Source of the DNA: Octopus sinensis
Taxonomy: Eukaryota
DNA: 64,000 nucleotides
Reading direction: 5' to 3'
Assembly (NCBI RefSeq): GCF_006345805.1
Contig: NC_042999.1
Span: forward strand, 89,900,001-89,964,000
Below the pieces are notes generated by a model, which searched no databases, was not told the DNA's origin, and worked only from the letters and a program-made list of their open reading frames with translations. Position numbers and translations under genes: made by a program. Positions 26,701 to 35,700 of this stretch are shown piece after piece (positions within the stretch are counted from its first letter, which is position 1; every line of letters begins with the position of its first letter).

Positions 26701-29700
26701 GCCAGCTGGAGGAGATGTCCTCCTAGGGCTAAAAACAACAGCAGCATCGTCCTCTATGGGACCGCCACATTTAGTTGGCAGTTATATTTCATTATATGTG
26801 TTTTTCTGTTTAAAGATTATTTCGGCTTTTGGTGCTGATTCAAGCGTGAGTTTCAGCTCCTCAAAAATAATATAAATGTATTAGCTGACCCTATAAATTT
26901 AACCTTCAAAAATGATTTTAAGAAATAGACTTTTATACGACTATATGTGGTACAGTTTTTGAATTTTTGCTTTAATTACTGTTTTGAGAATCACCTGTAT
27001 AGTTTCCCACGTAATATAAACTGAGGTGGACCCTACCGATAAAGAATACAACCTTTTTGCTCCAGCCAATGTCTCAAAGTGTGATAGCTAACTTCAAGGA
27101 ATATTATCAGAGAATTTTTACTATTAATCTTTGAATCAGACAAAACACATTCTATGTAATTCTAAGAAAGTGGTGTAGCGAGTGATATGTAGAGTATGCT
27201 TACCGCACGAAGCAGTCACTTTGGTCACAGCACAAGGTGGCCATTTTATTTACGTGTGTTTGCTTTAATGGAAGATATGTCATGTAGAAAAAAGGAAGGA
27301 GGGGCGGTAGATTTGGCTACCGCACAATGCAACCGAAACCGATGCTATGTGACAAGTCAATTCTTTCCTTTTATTTAAAACCTAACCATTGTTTTAAGAA
27401 CTGTTTTAAGATGTAAAAAAGTTTTGCAAATATTATAACAAAATAGAATATCAAATATTAAAACATTTAACTTAGGGTTCCATGCGTTGCTTGAATTTGA
27501 TAATATTTTGAAGTCGGAACATCATAAAATGATTAAAACTAGCACAAAACTTACCACTCGGCAATTCTTTGCAAGTAAAACGTCTTGGGATGTGGGTTGC
27601 ATTCCGATGAAAGAACTACACCTTTTAAAGAAACATTTTTTGGTATAAAAATTCATGTTCAGTTAAACATATTTTAATAAGGTAATGTACATAAAACATT
27701 CCATACTGTAAAGAATGTACAAAATATTTCATATTGAGAAAGATGTATATAATGCTATCCAATGCAATAGAAATATATAAAATACTCCACACATTGAAGA
27801 ATATATAAAATTTTACATATTGAAAAATGTTTGAAATACTCTACAGCGAAGGAAGTATAAAATATTCGGGAATTCCAGGTTCTACTGTCCGACAGAGATA
27901 TTTTTCAAAATAAATACTTGGCAGTTCAATTTATACGAGATAAAGTGTATGCAGCATTTCCGTAATATTTTATACATTTACGAGACGCTTTATTAGTGAG
28001 GCTTTGAGGAGTGATGAGAAGTTAGGGTTTGGTTTTAGGGCTTATGGTAGCGAGCTCCCAATCTTTACACGAGTAAGGACCCTTTTATTTAAATGAATTT
28101 TTCTATGGACTCAGTCTTTTGAAAGGTCTTTCTACTTAAGCCGATTGTATTAACAAACGACAAACTCGTTTTTTTAGTCACATCCTTCAATATTTCTAAC
28201 TGAACAATTATACGTAACTTAACAAATATACATATCACATTGAAGCCTTTTAAAATTTTAAACACACTTCAAGGACTCTCAGTAGTGCATTTGTGAACCC
28301 CACAGGAGTCTGTAGATCTCATTTTGGAAACCGCTGCTCTAGGATAAGTGGTTAAGGTGAGCGCTTTTGCGATAGTAATTTGAAAAACTTACGGAATCCT
28401 TGGAAAGATAGAATGGTCGCGATTTGAAGACTATAGTTGTGTCAAAACTGAATCTTCCTACATGTAACAACAGTTGTTCAAAATAACTCAGCAATGGTCG
28501 GAGACTTAATGATGTCGTGAAGAACAGGCTCCTGACAGCGTACATCACGGACAAGTCCTGGTGACGGCACTGCATTGTTTGATTATTCTGGTCTGGTTCT
28601 CCAGAAAATATCGCTTAGTTCTTTGTCTTCAAAAGATGAGAGCTCTTCTATCTATTTTCATGATCTTTCTAGCTTCCCTTATCTTCTTTGTGTTATCGAG
28701 AAAGATCTTTTCCTAACAGCTTGCGGTTGTAGTATTGCATTTGCTAATGGTATTGATGCAATTATTATTGTTGCTGGTACTGACACTGGTATTATTGCCG
28801 CTGTTATTGGTATTTTATTTTGACTATCTTGAAAGGCAAAGTTGAGTATTTTGTGCGCCTCTAACGATTCTACCAATCCACTGCTCTTCATAATTGTTTC
28901 TGACATAGGCACAATGTCAGAAATTTGTGGGAGACGTTAATCGATTAAATTGACTTCAGTACATGATAGTTTCTTTAATTTATCGACTTGGAATAAGTTC
29001 TAACGAACACATAGTTTCAAATGAAAGAGGCGAAAGTCTCTTTCAAGTGTTTTTTTTTATATCAGTCTGAAAGTATGAAAGTCAAGGTTAAAATCGATGG
29101 GATTTCAATTTAATAATAAAAATCCTGAATGAATACCGCAAGGTGTTTGATCCGACGTTCCGGCGTCCATACCAACCAATACTTTTTCTTTCTCTGCCAT
29201 AGGCACGAGGCCTGAAATTTTGTGGGGAAATTTTGTAGTCAATTATATCGACCCCTGTGCTCAACTAGTGCTTATTTTATCGGCCCCGAAAGGATGAAAG
29301 GTAAAGTGGACCTCGGCAGAATTTAAACTTAGAACGTAAAGTCGGAAAACATGTTGCTAAGCGTTTTGTCTGGCGTACTAACGATTCTGACTGATCACCG
29401 CTTTAAGTAATTCTTTTTAATATAGGCACAAGGCCTGAAATATTAGGAGGGAGAGAGAGTCGATTATATCGACCCACATGGCTCGACTGGATGAAAAGCA
29501 AAGTCAATCCCGGCGGCATTTGAACTCAGAACGTAAAGTCGAACGAAATATCTCTAAGCATTTTTCCGGGCGTGCTAACGATCCTGCCAGTTTGTCGCCC
29601 AAATAGCAATCATTAACATGAACAAAAGTTTCAACTTACCCCATACCGTTTCTGAAGGAAATCTTGTGTTTATCTTGACTATTAGCTTTCCGGAAATTAA

Positions 29701-32700
29701 TACACGTTAATGCATTCCAATCGTCCATAGCACTCTGAACTTCAAGCTTCTGTTCTTTAGTAACTGTCAAAAGATGAAGAAAAAAGAAGTGAAGATTATG
29801 CACTAATTCAATAATATTTTAATGAAATAACAATCAAAGACTACAACCCCAAGGCTTCATTAGAAAGTTACAGCCATGTAATCAGTTATAAGGATGGTAT
29901 CGCACATGGTATACAATATATACATATATACACTCATATTGGATCTTTTCGGTTTGAACGGCAGTTTTTCTAGCGGTGTCATATGAAATTGTCACTCATA
30001 ATTATGACCCTAGAATCGATCTATTGCATTTCAATCTCTTTTAGGTTTAGGGTTAGGGTTAGGGGTGGGGGAAGGGTATCTTTTTTTCTTCACAAATGTA
30101 AATAAACCCAATCTGTTTCTTAAACGAGGGACATATTCATACGGCACATAATGCTTTTTAACTCAATAGACGTCACTGATTGGTTGAAATTGCAGAAATT
30201 GAAGAAATTAAAGACCAAATATGTTACAAACAACTGAATTTTCTCAATAAAGCCAAGAGAAAAAGATGTTTTATAAACACATTCTACCAGTATAAGAAGT
30301 TTAAAATTTTTTAGTTACTTAGAAATTATGTTAAAAACTGCCGTTCAAACCGAAAGGATCCCTCATATTTATATTTATTATTCTTTAACAAGAATGGTGT
30401 TGACAGTGACTTCCAAGTTTTGGTCTGTTAGCCTTCATTGGACGGTCCGATGTAGGTTAAACAGGCAGAAACTCTGAAGTTACTCTCAAGGACGAAAGAC
30501 CCATCATTACCTTTAATTACATTTTGAAAACTGTTGATGATAACTACATACATTATACCTATGTATATAACATGTGTGAAGTGGTCAGAGTGTTGCACTC
30601 ACGATCGCGGTTTCGATTCCCGGACCGGCAGTGCATCGTACTCGAGTAAAACACTTCATTTCGTGTTGCTCCAGCCCACTCGTCTGAAAACGAGTAACAA
30701 CACCACGGACTGGCATTCCGTTCAGGAGGAATATTGGCATCCAGCGGGATGGCATCATTCGAAAACTACGACAAAGCGATGAAGTGCGTTGTGACCAGCG
30801 GTGTATAACAGCATCCAACAGTCTGATAAATACGGTGACATATGTAATTATGTATATACCTTAATACGTAATGGTTTCAGTGACTTTCATACGATATTTG
30901 TGTTGGTTACCAGCAGAATAATGATTTCCGCGACAATTTAAAAAATAAAGATTGGCAATTCGTAATTTCGCCTTAATTGTTGATGGTTATTGCGAACATG
31001 ATGGTTATTACGACTCGTCGACCATTAAACCGACACTGACAAAATAGCAACCCGGTCAGGTGTGACTACTAAAAATTACAACAAAATAGTACATAAGTGT
31101 GTAAACTTACAGTAATCTCCATAGGTGTAAGGAATGTCCTTGGTTTTCCAGCGAAACATTAAAGGACGGATGGCCTTCCGTTTACCTCGAGTGTTGTTTC
31201 TAGTGAATCAATAAATTGTAAATTACTGTCAAATGAATTTAGACATCACAAAATAAGTTAAAGCTTTAGATATATGTACAAAATGGTAGTCTTTGACGTG
31301 TTTTTATTAGATATTGGCGACATAAAATGAGATATAACTTGCCGGCAAATTGAATTTGCAAAATTTCGTTTTGCTAACAACCTTAGAAACAACATGTATG
31401 CAACATTTCTCTGTGTGAAAGAAAGAAAGAAAGAAAGGAGTAATTTTTAATGGATTAATCAATGGAGAAATGGCAGCACCCTTGACTTTTACAGGATATC
31501 TGAAAATGGTGAAGTAAAGGACCACTAAACTACGGCCGCTCATAGATTGATGCAGTAAAAAGCTGTGCATCAAGATATCTTCAAACGAAAGACCCGGTCT
31601 AAATGCTTGCAACAGAGTGGAATCCACTAAAGGCAGCCAAAGACTAAGTAATGGTGTTAAACCGGGTGACTAATTAGGTCTATCTTGCTAGAATAGATAC
31701 ATTCAAACCCAGTTCCTATATACCCCATGTCACTCACAAAGCTTGTGTCAGCCCAGTATAGAAGATACTCTTCCAAAGTATCGTGTGTACATTGAGATCG
31801 AACTTGAAGACACATAATCGCGAAGAGAACTTTTTAGCCACATAGTCTTTCTTGTATCGGAATGAAAGAAACGATGGAAGTTATGGGAAGGAGAACTAAC
31901 GTAATGAAAGAGTCAAGAAAGAACATGTGTAAATTTAAAGAAAGATATACAAGAAAATATTTTTTAAATCTTTAACCCTTTGACTTTATATGAATTACTG
32001 CTTTCAACAATGGATAAAAATTTATTTTATCCAAATCAAAAGAGGCCATACAATCAGTTCTTGTTACTGAATTCTGTACAATTAAGTTGATGAACGATAA
32101 ATTCACTAGTATAGTTATTCCCAAATTTTAATCACGGTACACTGATACTGTTTTTTAAAAGAAACTGCAGAACCTGTTTTACCGGCAGCCCTCTGACACC
32201 TCAATTTTAATATGTCATTAAATGGAACAAAATTTGTTTTAGGGAAGGGATTTTCGTGTACAAAAAAAAAACACAAAAAAATTTATTATTTTGAAAATAG
32301 GGAATAACGATCTTTATCAAATAAATTTTCATTAAATTTCATTAAAAGTAACTTTATCACACAGTACACCAGAATTTTATCGGGGAACCACACAGAGAAA
32401 CACTTTAATAGATGGGTCCTGCTGCCAGAGAACCATAACCCAGAATCTCAAACAAACAAAGCAATCATTAGTTCTATGTAATGTTTCTGCTAACCCTTGA
32501 TGTTTGGTCGCAATAATCGAGCAGCTCTATGATCAAAAGCTTCCTCACCAAGATTTGCCATCAAATAAACGAACGATAAATATTCGGTTGTATTAGAAGT
32601 TAATTTATTACTGCTAACATTCATAGTTCTTATACGTAGTGTTTACATCTAATTTAAGTTCAAGTATGAAGAACTACGCAGTGGCGTTGCCTCAGCAATG

Positions 32701-35700
32701 CAACAGAGGTCGTTACTATGGGCACAAAATTCCAAAAGTAAAATAATGAAGTAATAATAAGAAATATAACAATCCACGGGCGGCGGTGTAGCGTAAGGTT
32801 TGCTGACTGTACAGGGCAACCACTTTATATTGGTATATTTTAAAGGAAGTAGGCGGCTAATTTAACAACGACAAGAGAGGTCACAACCTACGTTATGTCC
32901 ACGGGTTAGGGGATGCGCCTTACGTCACTGGATCTACAAGAGTAACACAATCAGTACAAATTAATTATGGTGTCTGCCATGAAATGTAACCTTACACACA
33001 TTTTATTGACAATGAGAATTACATATATTTGTACCATGTTAGATTTTGAGTGTGGTACTGATAGTTGCCCAAAATAACCCTATTACAATCAAAGAGGTTA
33101 CATTTGATATCGTAACTAGAAGAGACGAAGAGATTAAAATATTTGCTCTTGCGTTAGCCACTTACACTATACTGATAAGGTGTGTTAACAAATAAAATTT
33201 TAATAAAATATAGATATATATATGTAATCACCTCTGCATGAGATCTCGCCAAACATCAATAGTAAACATCATATCCATTTCGGTTTTCACAATTCCGTTG
33301 CTTGAATCGTATATAAAACCTATCTCTCTGCCTAAAATGAAATCAATTTGAAAAGAAATCAATTGTAGCTACATAATTGGTTTTAAAAGTCATAAAATCC
33401 ACCGCGCCAAGAAGATTCCTCAAATGTATGACATCGTTTAATGAAGCATTTTAAACAAGCAATTTAGATCAGCAGTAGCCAACCTTTATCACGGTACAGA
33501 TATCACGGATATAGAAAAATATATGCGTACACAATTTTTCATTTTAGGTTATTAAAGAAATTATGCTATTTCACAAAAATTATATATTAAAACAGACGTC
33601 TTTAGAATGTAATGCAGATTCTGGTCTTGTATCAAATAAAGGTAAATGGTGAAAAGGTAGGAATTGCATCTCTCATCAATACAACTAACTCGGGAAGGTG
33701 ATCACTTGCTTTAATTTGTATTTGTTTTTATTCAGTCCCTGCCGAGAAGCCCTTTTCCCAGAAGTATGTATTATGAAATAGAACCAACATTTTAGATATC
33801 TCAACAACCAGCCTTTTCATTTCAATCACTTCATTGAACATCATGGTTTATACAGAGAGTGTTTTTATTTCTGCACCATGTTTCACTACAAACGTTGAAT
33901 CTCGGCCTATTTAGGAGTATTCGGCGTATCAATATCTACATGAAATACATTTAACACCCTACCTGATAGATCTATCAGCAGTTCTCTGAAGGAAAGTATT
34001 TTCTGTCTTAAAGATCAAAAGGCAAAGATGATCCATCATGATCTATGGATGCTGCTATAGTCCTCAAAATCCATATCCATCAAAGTTTCGGTGTATAAAC
34101 AAAATACAGAAGGGTAACTGCTTAACATTTTCTTCTTAAAGCCTTAACGGAACTTGAAATCCCTGGATCTTGCTAATTGCAACAAGGGGAGTTGTGATTA
34201 TTCTTTTATTCTTTTTCTTCGGGTGATATATTTTCAAAAATGGAAGCTATATAGCCCAATATGGTGTCATCAGAGAAGTCACACAGTTGGACTTTGTATT
34301 GACGAGAAATACGAAGACTTCCTTGCAGTGAATGCTGATGCAGATAGAACATATTTCGTGAACACCATTACACCTGACAGAATACTCATCATTAATGCTG
34401 TCTCTTCAGTAGTTAGGGAAATACATTCGATCCAAGGAATTCTAATGTTAACAAGGAAATCATTAACTTTGTGGAAAATAGCCTTCCCTTTGGTTTCCTT
34501 TCCAATGCCAATACAACATAGACAATGTACAAAATCATAGGAAATAGACGTAATGAAGAAACTATGTACAGTTCTATATTTAAGAGATGAGGAATTATGT
34601 ACATTATTTACACCATTTACACTGTTTACATTAGACGGATATTTGTTCCTCATCTTGTTTGTTGTTAACTCAAAGTTTCGGCTGATATACCCTCCAGCCT
34701 TCATCGGGTGTCTTGGGGAAATTTCGAACCTGGGTTCACATTCCTAAGGAGCCTGGGTTCTCATTCCTTAACCATTACGCCATATGCCCACGGGCATATG
34801 GCGTAGTAGTTAAGAGCGCGGGCTACTAACCCCAAGATTCCGAGTTCGATTCCAAGCATTGACCTGAACAATAATAATAATAATAATAATATAATAATAA
34901 TAATAATAATAATAATAACATCGAAAAATACCTTAGGAATGAGAACCCAGGTTCGAAATTTCCCCCAAGATACCTGATGAAGGCTGGAGGGTATATAAGC
35001 CAAAACGTTATGTTAACAACAAACAAGATAAGGACAAATATCCGTCTAATGTAAATAATGTAAGCTATGTACGATTAGTTATGCCCGTCCTTTCACCCAT
35101 ATGGCGCATTTCATAACACGCGAATAGTTCTTTTAGAATTTTGCAGAAACCATCAGCTCTTAGTCTCATCGTGTTGCTTATTATACGGCAGTAATATATC
35201 ATAAATGAATTATCAAAATATCTGCTAGATCAGTCTACGGTACAGTGCATGGATGGCTATTACCATTATCGTTGCTTCAAACTTGCTTAAAATTTTAAGA
35301 TGCTGTGCGATAGAAAACTATTGATCCAATAGTAGAGACTCAAGTGGAAAACATAGACGGGTAATTGTGCAGAAGGATTTTCACACCAAAACGGTCGATT
35401 ACTATTTTCACCAAATTTCACGTGGGCAAAATTTCCAATGGTTTGATGAAAATGGGATCAATGTGTCTGAGAATGTTGTTGCTTGTGACTATTTCAATTA
35501 CCCATGAGATATTGGAAGTGACTGCAGCAAGACGATAGTTGACAGAGTTAGCTTACTTGGAAATAAAACACACTAACATTTTCCCAATTATAAGGTGTAT
35601 ATCCGAAGAGATAGCGAATTTTATGAGATCATGAGGCTACTGCTGGAATATATTGCCGGCGGTAATAGATAAGATATTGTCTCGGCCCCGTAGCCTTCTT

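Noticed and set aside
31430-31640. ORF 31307..31627 as a host exon
   Set aside because: FRPG.S.ED and KG..ISPL resemble a deleted LINE RT fragment; it does not fit the astacin frame
34792-34860. tRNA-like sequence as a true tRNA gene
   Set aside because: A/B boxes are present but there is no complete cloverleaf, and it runs into a repeat body; it is a SINE head, like the other tRNA-like heads here
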